A stretch of DNA of 63,684 bases, filler included, from 10 parts of 10 records of this genome joined end to end with filler, not necessarily neighbours in it; one strand, 5' to 3'; positions 32,949 to 43,792 are shown, counted from the whole stretch's first letter. Made by a program: numbers and translations. Notes: generated from the letters alone by a model not told the origin.

Positions 32949-33737
32949 GTGATCAGCGTGAGATTTAAGTCTATATTCTGGCTCTTCAACATTGTCGTGC
33001 TTCTGGCCATGGTAGTTTTCGCATTTTCATCGTTTTTTGTACTCGGTGAAGAGTTTGCAACGGCCTATTGGGGCAATTTGTGGGTGATCGTCCTTCTGTT
33101 CGTTGTACTGCTGGGAGTCCTGGACTTCTATTTCATACGAAACTGGAAACTTTTCGACCTCCTGGAGACGGAGGACTGGCCGGGCCTGCTGGACTGGCTG
33201 GAAGACCGGATATTCAACCGTGGACAGATAAACCGGATCTATACCGGATTGCTGCTGAACACCATTCTTTCAACAGGAAATCTCGACAAACTGGAAAGGC
33301 TGGAGAGCGAGCTCAGGGCAAAGAAACAGTCATTCATACCTCGCTTTGGTGTCTCCCTTGGAATCAACCATCTCAAAACCGGGAAACCTGAAGAAATCCT
33401 GGAGTTCTTCACACCCCTTGCCGACAACCCGAAAACCGCTGGCCGGGAATGGGCCAGATGGTGTCGGAGCATGGCGAAAGGCGAAGAAGGCATCAGCGAA
33501 CTGATGGAACTGGTCCGTTGTTCCGACATGTCGGTACGGATTCTTGCCGCCGATCTCCTTGACGGCCGCACTGATGATTCCCTCATTGCTGATCTGCAGA
33601 ACCTCCGGAGCGAACTTGCTGACAAGAAGGGTGAACGGGCCCTGTTGAGGTCCCGGGAAGAGAACCTCATTGCGGTGGTTCTGGGCTCGAATGTCCATGA
33701 CGCGAGAGTACGGTTGGAAAGTAGAAAAATCGATTGA
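32949..33737 (+). CDS. Hypothetical membrane protein
   Basis: Two N-terminal TM helices then a helical region; no recognised domain. Confidence 0.7.
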   Translation: MISVRFKSIFWLFNIVVLLAMVVFAFSSFFVLGEEFATAYWGNLWVIVLLFVVLLGVLDFYFIRNWKLFDLLETEDWPGLLDWLEDRIFNRGQINRIYTGLLLNTILSTGNLDKLERLESELRAKKQSFIPRFGVSLGINHLKTGKPEEILEFFTPLADNPKTAGREWARWCRSMAKGEEGISELMELVRCSDMSVRILAADLLDGRTDDSLIADLQNLRSELADKKGERALLRSREENLIAVVLGSNVHDARVRLESRKID

Positions 33738-33813
33738 AACTGAATGTTCCGGGGTCTATAAATAGTAATGGTCCCTGATTTTGAATCGGATCAAGAAATC
33801 CCCGGAGCATTCA

Positions 33814-34407
33814 GTGAAAAAAACCATATCGGCAGTATCCATCCTCTTCTTTTTTGCCTGTACATTCCTGGTGGGACAGACCCCGGAACCTCACTACGTC
33901 ATCATCGATGATGCCCGTGCCGAAATCACCCGGCTTCAGCAGGAAAACGAGGCGATGGGAGATGTGAACGCCACCTTGTTGAGCGAGAACGCGGACCTGG
34001 AGAACCAGATCGCCTCCAGCCGGGAGTTCATCGTTCGGATCGACGATATGATCGACAAAATCGTTTCCGCCAAAGGGCCGATCTACACGGCTCAGCAATC
34101 CGTGAACGATCCCGCGACCAAACGGGAGCTCCAGAACAAAATGAACGACCTCCGGGAGTCCGAATACGAGCTGGAGAAGACACGCCGTCAGGAAATCGAG
34201 TCCATGAACAAGGCGAATCAGATGATCGAAACCAATCGGCGGATGATCGCCGTCAACAATGTCCGGACCAAGAGCAACGAGCAGAGAATCGAGTTCCTCC
34301 GTGCCTGCGAAGCCTATACGCTGAACGAGAACAGGGATGTCGATGACCTGCTCAGCAATGCCGATCAGGTTCGCCGGGAAGTCGAAGCCCTGTTGGACAG
34401 GCAATAA
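33814..34407 (+). CDS. Hypothetical secreted coiled-coil protein
   Basis: GTG start with signal-peptide-like KKTISAVSILFFFACTFLVG; heptad-rich body. Confidence 0.7.
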   Translation: MKKTISAVSILFFFACTFLVGQTPEPHYVIIDDARAEITRLQQENEAMGDVNATLLSENADLENQIASSREFIVRIDDMIDKIVSAKGPIYTAQQSVNDPATKRELQNKMNDLRESEYELEKTRRQEIESMNKANQMIETNRRMIAVNNVRTKSNEQRIEFLRACEAYTLNENRDVDDLLSNADQVRREVEALLDRQ

Positions 34408-34505
34408 AACCACTCCGGGGCGACTGCCCGGGGCACCGCCTCTGGCCTGTCCGGCTGCCGGCAGGTTATACTCCCAGCGTTTCATCATTCTGATTGGAGT
34501 GTCCC

Positions 34506-36008
34506 ATGAGTGTTCGCGTTCGTTATGCCCCGTCTCCGACCGGGCTTCAGCACATCGGCGGTATCCGTACCGCCCTGTTCAACTACTTTTTCGCCAGAGC
34601 CAACGGGGGACAGTTCATTCTCCGTATCGAGGATACCGACCGGGAGCGCAGCACACCGGAAGCCATCAGCGACCTGTACTCAAGTCTGGAATGGCTGGGT
34701 CTGGACTACGATGAAGGACCGGATAATGACGGAGGCTGCGGTCCTTATATCCAATCCGAGCGGGAGGCGATCTACAAGGAGAAAGCCGCTGAACTTGTGG
34801 AGAAGGGCCGGGCCTATCCCTGCTTCTGTTCCGCCGAGCGGCTGGATGCCCTTCGTGCCGAACAGCAGAAGAATCCCAAGGGGCACCAGGGCTATGACCG
34901 GTACTGCCGTGGTCTTTCTCCGGACGAGACCCGTGCACGGATCGATGGCGGCGAGCCCCATGTTCTCCGGCTGAAAGTGCCCCTGGAAGGTAAAACCGAA
35001 TTCGAGGACATTCTCCTGGGACGCACCGGCAGGAAGAACAAGGATATCAACCCGGATCCCGTCATCATCAAAACCGACGGATTTCCCACCTATCATCTGG
35101 CCAATGTGATCGACGATCATATGATGGGCATCACCCATATCATGCGGGCCCAGGAATGGATCCCTTCAGGGCCCCTGCACATCCTGCTCTATGAGGCCTT
35201 CGGATGGGAGCCGCCCAGGTACTGCCATCTCCCCATGGTGATGGGAAAGGACGGCCAGAAACTGTCCAAGCGCCACGGCGCCACCGCCGTCACATCGTTC
35301 CGGGAGGCCGGCTACCTGCCCGAAGCGGTCATCAACTTCGTGTCTCTTCTTGGCTGGAGTTTTGATGATTCCCGGGAGTTCTTCTCCAAAGACGATCTCT
35401 GTGAACTCTTCACCCTGGAGAAAATCAACAAATCTCCGGCGGTGTTCGACTATCGGAAGCTCGACTGGTTCAACGGCCAGTACATCCGCATGAAAGATCC
35501 CGAGGCCCTTAAGGAGGAGCTCCTTGGCATCCTGGCTACCGAAGGCGTCACGTCAGACCCGGCGACTGATGCGGAAAAGGATATCTTCGACGGGGCGTTC
35601 CCGATTATCAGGGAACGGCTGAAACTGTTGAACGATGTGGCGCCGATGCTCCGGTTCCTGTTTGCCGACCCCGGAGTCGGCGAGCTTGAAGATGCCGTTC
35701 CCAAAAAATTGAACGCCGCCGATGCTGCCGCTGCCCTTCGTTTGGGAATGGGCCTGCTGGAGGCCGCCCCGGCGGTCCCGGATGTCCATGACGGGGATGC
35801 CTGCGCCGCCTGGGATGAGAAGATGGAAGCAGCTTTTCGCACCCGGGCCGAAGAGAAGCAGCTGAAGATAGGCCAGATGATGCAGCCTTTACGCCTGGGA
35901 GTCACCGGCAGCAAGGTGAGTCCGCCTCTGTTTCCGGCCATCCGTCTGCTCGGACTTGACGAATCCCTGCGCCGATCCGGCAGACTCGCCGACGCGCTCG
36001 AAGGCTGA
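34506..36008 (+). CDS. gltX: Glutamate--tRNA ligase
   Basis: RYAPSPTGLQHIGG, RIEDTD, KLSKR. Confidence 0.97.
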   Translation: MSVRVRYAPSPTGLQHIGGIRTALFNYFFARANGGQFILRIEDTDRERSTPEAISDLYSSLEWLGLDYDEGPDNDGGCGPYIQSEREAIYKEKAAELVEKGRAYPCFCSAERLDALRAEQQKNPKGHQGYDRYCRGLSPDETRARIDGGEPHVLRLKVPLEGKTEFEDILLGRTGRKNKDINPDPVIIKTDGFPTYHLANVIDDHMMGITHIMRAQEWIPSGPLHILLYEAFGWEPPRYCHLPMVMGKDGQKLSKRHGATAVTSFREAGYLPEAVINFVSLLGWSFDDSREFFSKDDLCELFTLEKINKSPAVFDYRKLDWFNGQYIRMKDPEALKEELLGILATEGVTSDPATDAEKDIFDGAFPIIRERLKLLNDVAPMLRFLFADPGVGELEDAVPKKLNAADAAAALRLGMGLLEAAPAVPDVHDGDACAAWDEKMEAAFRTRAEEKQLKIGQMMQPLRLGVTGSKVSPPLFPAIRLLGLDESLRRSGRLADALEG

Positions 36009-36014
36009 TCCGGG

Positions 36015-37301
36015 CTAGTCCACCTGCCGGATCTTGTCTCCCGGTGCCCCGCAGACAGGGCATCGGCCGGGAGCTGAATCCACCTCGAAGGTGTATCCGC
36101 AAGAAGTGCAGGTGTACCAGGATGTCTTCGGGAAATCCCGGCCGGCTTTCCCGGCGTCGATAGCCCGCTCCAATATTCCTTTGTGCACCTTCTCGGCGTT
36201 CCATGCGTCGTTGAAGGTGTAACGGGCCAGGGGATTTCCCTGTGCCTCGGCATAGTCGATGTACTCCCGGTACATCTCATTGACCTCATGTTCCTCATTG
36301 CCCGTGCCGGTGGACAGGTCGTCTGCCAGGGGACTCTCGCCGTTCAGTACAGCGTCATGATTCATGGCGTGATGGAACTCCGAGTCCGACAGCGCGCGGA
36401 GCATACGCGCCATGTTCGGCTTGCCCAGGTCGTCCGCCTTCCGGGCCATCAGAGCATAACGGAAAAAGGCTTCCTTCTCGTTCGCATACGCCTGTTCCAG
36501 CCGGTCCATCAATCCGGCGTTATCTGCGCTCTCCGAGTATTCGGCCTCATCAAGATATTCGATCCGGTGATTCCAACTGCCGTCGGTGTCGCGGCTCAGG
36601 ACGAACAGGTGATGCCGCTGCCGTATACCGTCAGTTCGGCCGTCCAGGCTTTCCAGCCTGGCACCGGCACCACCGGTGATGATGACCGGGATGCCGTCGG
36701 TTTCCGTGATTCCCAGGGAATGTACATGTCCGGAGACGAAATACCTGATTTTCTGTCTGTGGGGAGCATAGATTTTTCGGAAATCCTCCCATTCGGGCGG
36801 ATTGATGCTGTTGGGAGCCACCGGGTTGGGCGGCGGATAATGAAAGAGGAAGACGATGTTCTCCTCCGGCACATCGGACAACACCTGCCGTGCGAAGTCC
36901 AAGGCTTCATCGGTGAAGCCTCTGCCGGCATTGTCCAATATCACCAGAAGAAGTTCTCCGGTTGAAAGGGCATAGTTGGGGGATCCGAAGAACTCATTGT
37001 AGAACTCGGTATCGTGGTTTCCCTTCAGGGTGTAGATCGGGCAATCAGCCAGGGTATCGGTGAATTCTGTGAAGTTCCGGTATATCCCCCGGGAACCGTG
37101 AGGCACCATGTCGCCCACGACGATGCCCATGTCCATTGCGCTCTTCAGTGCTCTAGCATAGATACTCATTGTAGCAGCACCGAGGCCGTCGCATCCGGGA
37201 TCGCCGATGATGCCGATCCGGTCTTTCGGTTCGATGGATCTTTTTCCCATTTCGGGGCGAACGAGGCCGGCGCTGCCGGTTCTGTCAGTTTGTGAACCCA
37301 T
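36015..37301 (-). CDS. Calcineurin-like metallophosphoesterase fused to rubrerythrin
   Basis: GDPG, GDMV, GNHD, HYPP, GHVH; then diiron E/ExxH motifs and CTSC/CPVC rubredoxin; start could be 37250-37325. Confidence 0.85.
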   Translation of the reverse strand: MGSQTDRTGSAGLVRPEMGKRSIEPKDRIGIIGDPGCDGLGAATMSIYARALKSAMDMGIVVGDMVPHGSRGIYRNFTEFTDTLADCPIYTLKGNHDTEFYNEFFGSPNYALSTGELLLVILDNAGRGFTDEALDFARQVLSDVPEENIVFLFHYPPPNPVAPNSINPPEWEDFRKIYAPHRQKIRYFVSGHVHSLGITETDGIPVIITGGAGARLESLDGRTDGIRQRHHLFVLSRDTDGSWNHRIEYLDEAEYSESADNAGLMDRLEQAYANEKEAFFRYALMARKADDLGKPNMARMLRALSDSEFHHAMNHDAVLNGESPLADDLSTGTGNEEHEVNEMYREYIDYAEAQGNPLARYTFNDAWNAEKVHKGILERAIDAGKAGRDFPKTSWYTCTSCGYTFEVDSAPGRCPVCGAPGDKIRQVD

Positions 37302-37431
37302 ATTGATATTGTTGCATCGCCGCACCCGGTAATCAACAGACCTCCGGGGCTGGCGCAGACCTGCCCTTGATGCTACTTTAGAGCCTCATCAACGACCCGG
37401 CGGTCCACGACCGGGCGTACAAGGAAGTCAC

Positions 37432-37964
37432 ATGGCCAAAGAAAAGAAAGCCAAAGCCAACACCATCGCCAACGAACATGGCGCGTCGATGGACAAGATC
37501 GTTTCCCTCTGCAAACGTCGGGGATTCGTGTATCCCTCCAGTGAAATTTACGGCGGTCTGAGCGCCACCTGGGACTACGGTCCCCTGGGCAGCGAGCTGA
37601 AAAACAACATTCAGCAGAGCTGGTGGAAGGAAATGGTCCGTCGTCACGACAACATCGTCGGCCTGGATGCCGCCATCATGATGCATCCCCGCACCTGGGA
37701 GGCTTCCGGCCATGTGGAGAATTTCTCTGATCCCCTTGTGGACTGCAAAGACTGCAAAACCCGTTTCCGGGAAGATCACCTGGAGGATCTCTGGAAGGAG
37801 AAGGGCATCACCGACGGTTCCTGTCCCGAATGCAAGGGTGAACTCACCGAAGCCCGGCAGTTCAACCTGATGTTCACCACACACATGGGTCCGGTAGCCG
37901 ATTCGGGTTCTCTTATCTACCTGCGGCCCGAAACCGCCCAGGGTATTTTCGTCAATTTCAAGAA
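37432..37964 (+). CDS. glyQS: Glycine--tRNA ligase (homodimeric type), 3' truncated
   Basis: [37 protein letters not shown]. Confidence 0.95.
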
Positions 37965-38065
37965 NNNNNNNNNNNNNNNNNNNNNNNNNNNNNNNNNNNN
38001 NNNNNNNNTTAATTAATTAANNNNNNNNNNNNNNNNNNNNNNNNNNNNNNNNNNNNNNNNNNNNG

Positions 38066-38452
38066 GACACATACCCCGGAGTCGGTCCGCTTATGGGACT
38101 AATGACTACCATGAAAGCTGCACAAAATGAGTTTGTCTTTGTTTCAGCCGTGGATGCACCCTTCACGAACAAAGAACTCATTATGCAGCTGGTGCTCGGT
38201 GTGAAAAACCATGATGCCCACGTTCCGATTTGGAACGGTTACCCGGAACCGCTCTGTGCCGTCTATCGTACGGCATGCGCGCCATATATAGAAAAAAGCA
38301 TCAATGCCGGACTGCGAAAAGTGATATCTTTTTACGATGATATAGATGTACATTATATGCTGCAGGACGAAATTGAGAAACTGGACCCAGGCGGTCGTTC
38401 ATTCGTGAATATAAATACTGAACAGGAGTACCGGACATGGATAAGAGAATAA
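38066..38452 (+). CDS. mobA: Molybdenum cofactor guanylyltransferase, 5' truncated
   Basis: GPLMG, VDAPF, EPLCAVY, FVNINT. Confidence 0.8.
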   Translation, partial: DTYPGVGPLMGLMTTMKAAQNEFVFVSAVDAPFTNKELIMQLVLGVKNHDAHVPIWNGYPEPLCAVYRTACAPYIEKSINAGLRKVISFYDDIDVHYMLQDEIEKLDPGGRSFVNINTEQEYRTWIRE

Positions 38453-39450
38453 TTGATCAGGCGGAGAAATGCGGATTCAGCGGAGTTGTCGGTTTCTCGA
38501 AAAACGGGCAGCCGTATGACATTCATGCCTTCGGATTGCGAAATAACCGTGACAGCCTTCCGAATACGCAAAACACACTATTCGGGATCGCGTCGGGAAC
38601 GAAGACCTTTACCGCTGCTACCGTACTCGTTCTCGCCGCGGGCCGGGACATCAATCTGAACCAGACCGTGGAATCCATCATGGGACCCGGAGAATATGTC
38701 GATTCGGTGGCGACAATTCATCAGCTTCTGACTCATACATCGGGGATATTCGACTATTACGATGAGGAGTTGGTGGAAGATTTCGATAATTACGAGGTTT
38801 CGATTCTATGGAGTAAGCTGGAGACACCTTCGGATTATCTTCCGCTTTTTCAGGGTGAGAAAATGAAATTTCGGGCTGGGGAGCGCTACTCGTACTCAAA
38901 CGGCGGGTACATCATGCTGGGAATCATTATTGAAAAAGTGACCGGGCGGCGGTTTCGTGATGTGGTGAAGGAACTGGTGCTGGACAGGGCCGGGATGAAA
39001 GATTCCGGTTTTTACGATTTCTGTGATCTTCCTGCAAATACGGCGGACGGGTACTTTTCGGGTGCTGACGGGCGTCTGGTTTCCAATATCTATCAGCTGC
39101 CGAGACGCGGTGCGTCGGACGGTGGTATGTACACCAATTTTACCGATATAGCCCGCTTCTGGAAGGCCTACACTGCGGGCAGGGTTATCCCCATGGAACT
39201 GTACGGTAAAGCTGTTATGCCACATGCCCGGGTCAGCCCGAATCATGAGTACGGATATGGAATCTATCTGGGAAATGTCGGTGAAAAGCCGGTCCACCGC
39301 ATGATAGGCGGTGATGTAGGTGTCGGATTTGATTCATTCTATTTCCCGGAGAACGACGGTTTTATCTGTACGTTGTTATCAAACAGAACGGATGGTAATT
39401 CAGGACTGGTCCCTCTGCTGGTACAGCTCATAGCTGAGCAGTTCGTTTGA
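38437..39450 (+). CDS. Serine hydrolase, beta-lactamase-like family
   Basis: SGTK (SxxK), LLTHTSG, YSN. Confidence 0.9.
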   Translation: MDKRIIDQAEKCGFSGVVGFSKNGQPYDIHAFGLRNNRDSLPNTQNTLFGIASGTKTFTAATVLVLAAGRDINLNQTVESIMGPGEYVDSVATIHQLLTHTSGIFDYYDEELVEDFDNYEVSILWSKLETPSDYLPLFQGEKMKFRAGERYSYSNGGYIMLGIIIEKVTGRRFRDVVKELVLDRAGMKDSGFYDFCDLPANTADGYFSGADGRLVSNIYQLPRRGASDGGMYTNFTDIARFWKAYTAGRVIPMELYGKAVMPHARVSPNHEYGYGIYLGNVGEKPVHRMIGGDVGVGFDSFYFPENDGFICTLLSNRTDGNSGLVPLLVQLIAEQFV

Positions 39451-39915
39451 GGCCCTCAGTCTGCGGCTCATCTCTCTGGCCAGGTTCATAATGATCATGG
39501 CAAAGGTTTTCTGGTCCCATTTTGAAATCTGGTAGAGATCGTAATGGGTGAATGCCAGAACTTTTGTTGCGGAAGTTGTTCGTACGGTAGCAGAGCAGGG
39601 CTGAATATCGATAAGTTCCATCTCGCCGAAGGTATCGCCCTTTCCCATAGTGCTGAGAACGACTTCATCATCGAACTCATTTGAAACTTCTAAGGTATCT
39701 TCTCTTTGGGCGTGCTTGCGTTTCACCACATCAACATCACCTGCAACGATGAAATAGAGACAGTTGTTGGGTTCGCCCTCTTTCAGGATATCGACCCCTT
39801 TTTTATACTCTTTTTCGGTGAAATGGGTGCGGACCTCATCAAGTTCACAGTCACTGAGACCACCGAAAAGGCTGTGACAATGCAAAAACTTGTTTTGTAT
39901 CTTGCAGGCGTCCAT
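39400..39915 (-). CDS. Stand-alone cyclic nucleotide-binding domain protein
   Basis: EGEPNNCLYFIVAGDV, GDTFGEM, SATVR; no HTH. Confidence 0.85.
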   Translation of the reverse strand: MDACKIQNKFLHCHSLFGGLSDCELDEVRTHFTEKEYKKGVDILKEGEPNNCLYFIVAGDVDVVKRKHAQREDTLEVSNEFDDEVVLSTMGKGDTFGEMELIDIQPCSATVRTTSATKVLAFTHYDLYQISKWDQKTFAMIIMNLAREMSRRLRASNELLSYELYQQRDQS

Positions 39916-40044
39916 ACTTTATTCTATGCTCTAACTGCACACAATGCAAGTTGATACTTGTCAGGCTTGAATAAAAATAGATGTGAAATGTGTATGATTT
40001 TTTGCTTGAATGGCAGTATTACGTGCAATTAAGGAGAAGGGAAC

Positions 40045-40677
40045 ATGAAACAGGCTGCTTATTGGGATTTAGTGGCGGAAAAGAAGACATTCACGCTGCC
40101 GTTTAATTCGGAGCAGTTTTCCCGGTGGGTTGCACCGGATGCTACGATCCTTGATATCGGCTGCGGATACGGCAGAACGTTGGCTGAACTGCATGAAATA
40201 GGATATCAACATTGTACGGGGATTGATTTTTCGACGGCGATGATTGAACGCGGCCGACGGCTATTCCCGGATCTCAAGCTGCTGGTTAGTGATGGGAAAA
40301 AGCTGCCGTTCGCGGATGCATCACTTGATGCGGTTATCCTGTTTGCGGTCATTACCGGTAATTATACGGATAAGGATCAGATATCGATTATTGATAATGT
40401 GAAGCGGGTTCTGAAACCGGATGGGGTGCTCTACCTCAACGACTTTCTGCTGAATTCAGACGCGAGAAATCTTGACCGATATGCCCAATTCGCGGTGAAG
40501 TATGGAAAATACGGAGTCTTTGAGCTGCCGGACGGCGGAATTGTGAGACATCATACCCGAGCTTGGATAAGGGAACTGCTGCAGGGTTTTACCCAACTGT
40601 TTTACGAGGATACCGTTTTCACCACAATGAATGGCAATGAATCACGGGGCTTTACCTATATGGGGCGGAATAGATAA
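40045..40677 (+). CDS. Class I SAM-dependent methyltransferase
   Basis: ILDIGCGYG, GIDFS, RVLKPDG. Confidence 0.9.
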   Translation: MKQAAYWDLVAEKKTFTLPFNSEQFSRWVAPDATILDIGCGYGRTLAELHEIGYQHCTGIDFSTAMIERGRRLFPDLKLLVSDGKKLPFADASLDAVILFAVITGNYTDKDQISIIDNVKRVLKPDGVLYLNDFLLNSDARNLDRYAQFAVKYGKYGVFELPDGGIVRHHTRAWIRELLQGFTQLFYEDTVFTTMNGNESRGFTYMGRNR

Positions 40678-40679
40678 GG

Positions 40680-41609
40680 TTACGGTTGTTTGTTCCGTCG
40701 TTTTTTCAGAACCCTTCCGTCAATAATAATTAAGCCGATAAACAGCAGCACCGCACCAGCAATGGTTGTCAATGCCATGCGTTCTCCAAGCACCACTGTA
40801 CCCAGTAGAATGGCAGTTACCGGGACAAGAAATGTTACCAGCAGTACGTTTGTCGGTCCCGCGGACGTGAGCAGGCGATAATAAAACAGATACGCGATCC
40901 CGGTCGAAAGTATTCCCAGCAGTACAGCAGCCAGGATGGATTCGACAGAAGCAGTCATAATATGTTGCCCAAGATTGCCGTAAATGAGTGTCAGAGGCAG
41001 GGAGAGTATGGTCGCACAGGTAAGCATACCGGATGTGACGGCCAGGGGTTGATAGCGGCTGAATCGTCTGCCGTAGATGGCTGCCAGGGAGTAGGAACAG
41101 GAAGCTCCAAGTACAGCTACCTGCCCGCCGATATTATTGCCAATATGCTGCAGGGCACCCAGTCCAATCATGATGATAACCCCGATCCATCCGATTATGA
41201 TACCGGTTATCCGATTGGCCGTCAGTCTGTCTTCACGTGTCAGGAGATGAACATTAATAATACTGAATATGGGAGTAGTGGCATTCAGGATACTTCCCAG
41301 ACTGCTGTCGATATACTGCATTCCCCACACGAGCAGACTGAAGGGAATGACATTGTTCAGCAGTGCCATAACGGAAAATTCACCCCATGCTTTTGGACTC
41401 CGGGGCATGGGAATTTTCCTGATGATAACCACCAGACTTATCACCAAAGCTCCTACACCAACCCGGATTGTCACAATTGGAAAGGGTGTGAAGTCGTTCA
41501 GTGCTGTTTTCATGAAGAGAAATGAGCAACCCCAGATAATAGATAGGATTCCCAGGAGGAGCCATTCGAAGGGGGTCATCAGCCTGTTTTCGGTACGACT
41601 TTTATGCAT
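40680..41609 (-). CDS. DMT/EamA family transporter
   Basis: About ten TM helices, IWGCSF; probable ATG start at 41609. Confidence 0.88.
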   Translation of the reverse strand: MHKSRTENRLMTPFEWLLLGILSIIWGCSFLFMKTALNDFTPFPIVTIRVGVGALVISLVVIIRKIPMPRSPKAWGEFSVMALLNNVIPFSLLVWGMQYIDSSLGSILNATTPIFSIINVHLLTREDRLTANRITGIIIGWIGVIIMIGLGALQHIGNNIGGQVAVLGASCSYSLAAIYGRRFSRYQPLAVTSGMLTCATILSLPLTLIYGNLGQHIMTASVESILAAVLLGILSTGIAYLFYYRLLTSAGPTNVLLVTFLVPVTAILLGTVVLGERMALTTIAGAVLLFIGLIIIDGRVLKKRRNKQP

Positions 41610-42042
41610 TATTCCATCCGGGTTCCGGGCATTTATGAAATTGTCTGAACTGCACAACCGGTAATCTATTGATATGTGCGGTCTGTCTCTTTCTGCTGGT
41701 ACTATATCCATAAAAAGCAGATTTAGCGATAGGTTATAGTGAAACTGTGTATATATCAATAAATTTGATTCGATTGGACAGAGAAAATTGCCGCTGAGAA
41801 TCCAAGTTCACCGTCACTGCGTTGGAGATTTGGCTGCTTATTAACTGATCGAAAGAGTGTGGGATAAATATTTCGCTAATATACCCAGTTCCTCTTTAAC
41901 AAAATCGGCCTTTCCAGTATATTTATGCAAAAGTTTCTGTATATGCAGACAAATATATTGATTATCTGCAGCTGCAAAATTTTCCAACGGAAGATACCAG
42001 GATCAGTAAAACAGAAACGGTAATTATTCTAGGCGATTGAGA

Positions 42043-42324
42043 ATGCAGATTGATGAACTGAAAACAACAGCCAGTCTCGCTATGGTGGAACTTCACGACG
42101 ATGAAGTAGAGCGCCTTTCACAGGCCGTGACAGGTATGCTCGATTATTTTGCTGTCATGCAGCAGGTTGACATAACCGGGCTTGAACCTACTACCCATGC
42201 TTTGGCGGATACCACTTCGGTAAGAAATGACGAAATCAATTCCAATCCCATTAATCCACAGAACCTGATAAACCGGGCTGCCGATAATGATAATAATCAT
42301 ATCGTAATCCCGAATGTACTATAA
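42043..42324 (+). CDS. gatC: Asp/Glu-tRNA amidotransferase subunit C
   Basis: Size, VDITGLEPTTH...IVIPNVL, position before gatA. Confidence 0.88.
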   Translation: MQIDELKTTASLAMVELHDDEVERLSQAVTGMLDYFAVMQQVDITGLEPTTHALADTTSVRNDEINSNPINPQNLINRAADNDNNHIVIPNVL

Positions 42325-42340
42325 AAACGGGGCGCAAACC

Positions 42341-43792
42341 ATGAACACATCCCGTAGGGATAATCAGTTCTGGCGCGGCCTCACTGCCGGACCGGAACAG
42401 CTGAAAACGTATAAAAATCTCATTGAAACTCATGATCGTGAAATTGGATCTTTTTTGACAATCGATCCCGCCAGGGGAGCAGAACTTGTACGGAGCAGTT
42501 CTTCTGGATCTCTCTCCGGGCTGCCGTTCGGGGCAAAGGATAATATTGCGATTGAAGGATTTCAGCTGACATGCGGTTCCAGAATTCTTGAACAGTTTAT
42601 ATCTCCGTACAGTGCTACTGCTGTACAGCGGCTTATTGATGCCGGTGCGATACCAGTCGGAAAATTGAACCTGGATGAGTTCGGGATGGGATCATCGACG
42701 GAAAACTCAGCATTGGGGAAAACAGTCAATCCGTGGGATCATAACCGGGTTCCCGGTGGTTCAAGCGGTGGATCAGCAGCAGCCGTGGCTGCAGGACTGG
42801 TGCCGTTTTCACTGGGAAGTGATACCGGGGGATCGGTTCGTCAGCCGGCTGCGTTCTGCGGAACTTACGGGTTGAAACCGACATATGGTTCGGTTTCACG
42901 CTACGGTTTAGTAGCCTATGCATCTTCTTTGGAATGTATCGGTATACTGGCTGAATCGGCAGCGCTGACTCGTGAAGTTTTCAGGACCATCTCCGGAAAA
43001 GATCCTATGGATCAGACTTCAGGCGATGCTCCTGCCGGATTTACAGATTCGGCACAAGCCCCCTATACCATCGGCGTACTTGCAAACACCGAAGGTCTCG
43101 ATCCGGTAATTGAACAGACCTATCGGGAAACCATACATCAAATAGGTGAATTGGGGTGGAATACCGTGCCGATTTCGCTGGATACGCTGGAATACGCGGT
43201 TCCTGCCTATTATACCATTGCCACCGCCGAAGCCAGTGCCAATCTGGCCCGGTTTACCGGTATTCGGTATGGTATGCGTGAGCTTGAAACTGCTGATCAT
43301 GAAGAAATGGTGCGTCTCACCCGAGAGAATGGATTCGGGGATGAAGTGAAACTGAGAATCCTGCTTGGCACCTATGTGCTTCGATCAGGTTTTCAGGATC
43401 AGTACTATACCAGAGCACAAAAGATCAGAACCCTTATCAAAAATGAAATTAATGAAGCATTCTCGAAAGTAGATATGATTCTGATGCCTGTGTTCCCGAC
43501 TCCGGCATTTGCATTCGACAGCGATGAAATGACTCCATTTCAGCAGAAACTGGCGGATAAATATACTGTAACAGCCAATCTGGCCGGGATTCCGTCTCTG
43601 GCATTTCCCTGCGGCACTTGCGGTGAAAATCCATTACCGGCAGGATTGCAGCTGATGGCTCCTGCCTACTGTGAAGAACGTCTCTTCTCGGCAGCCGAGG
43701 CAATCTCGGAAGGTGAACATATCAACCTGGCCCCCGGTGCCATGCAAGTTGACGAACTTGGAGACAGTGTGAGCGAAGGGGAGGATGCCTGA
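42341..43792 (+). CDS. gatA: Asp/Glu-tRNA amidotransferase subunit A
   Basis: KDN, PGGSSGGS, GSDTGGSVRQPA. Confidence 0.95.
   Translation: MNTSRRDNQFWRGLTAGPEQLKTYKNLIETHDREIGSFLTIDPARGAELVRSSSSGSLSGLPFGAKDNIAIEGFQLTCGSRILEQFISPYSATAVQRLIDAGAIPVGKLNLDEFGMGSSTENSALGKTVNPWDHNRVPGGSSGGSAAAVAAGLVPFSLGSDTGGSVRQPAAFCGTYGLKPTYGSVSRYGLVAYASSLECIGILAESAALTREVFRTISGKDPMDQTSGDAPAGFTDSAQAPYTIGVLANTEGLDPVIEQTYRETIHQIGELGWNTVPISLDTLEYAVPAYYTIATAEASANLARFTGIRYGMRELETADHEEMVRLTRENGFGDEVKLRILLGTYVLRSGFQDQYYTRAQKIRTLIKNEINEAFSKVDMILMPVFPTPAFAFDSDEMTPFQQKLADKYTVTANLAGIPSLAFPCGTCGENPLPAGLQLMAPAYCEERLFSAAEAISEGEHINLAPGAMQVDELGDSVSEGEDA

Noticed and set aside
41610-42042. T-box or riboswitch upstream of gatCAB
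   Set aside because: No T-box consensus or convincing terminator/antiterminator was visible by eye; a covariance-model scan was not possible.
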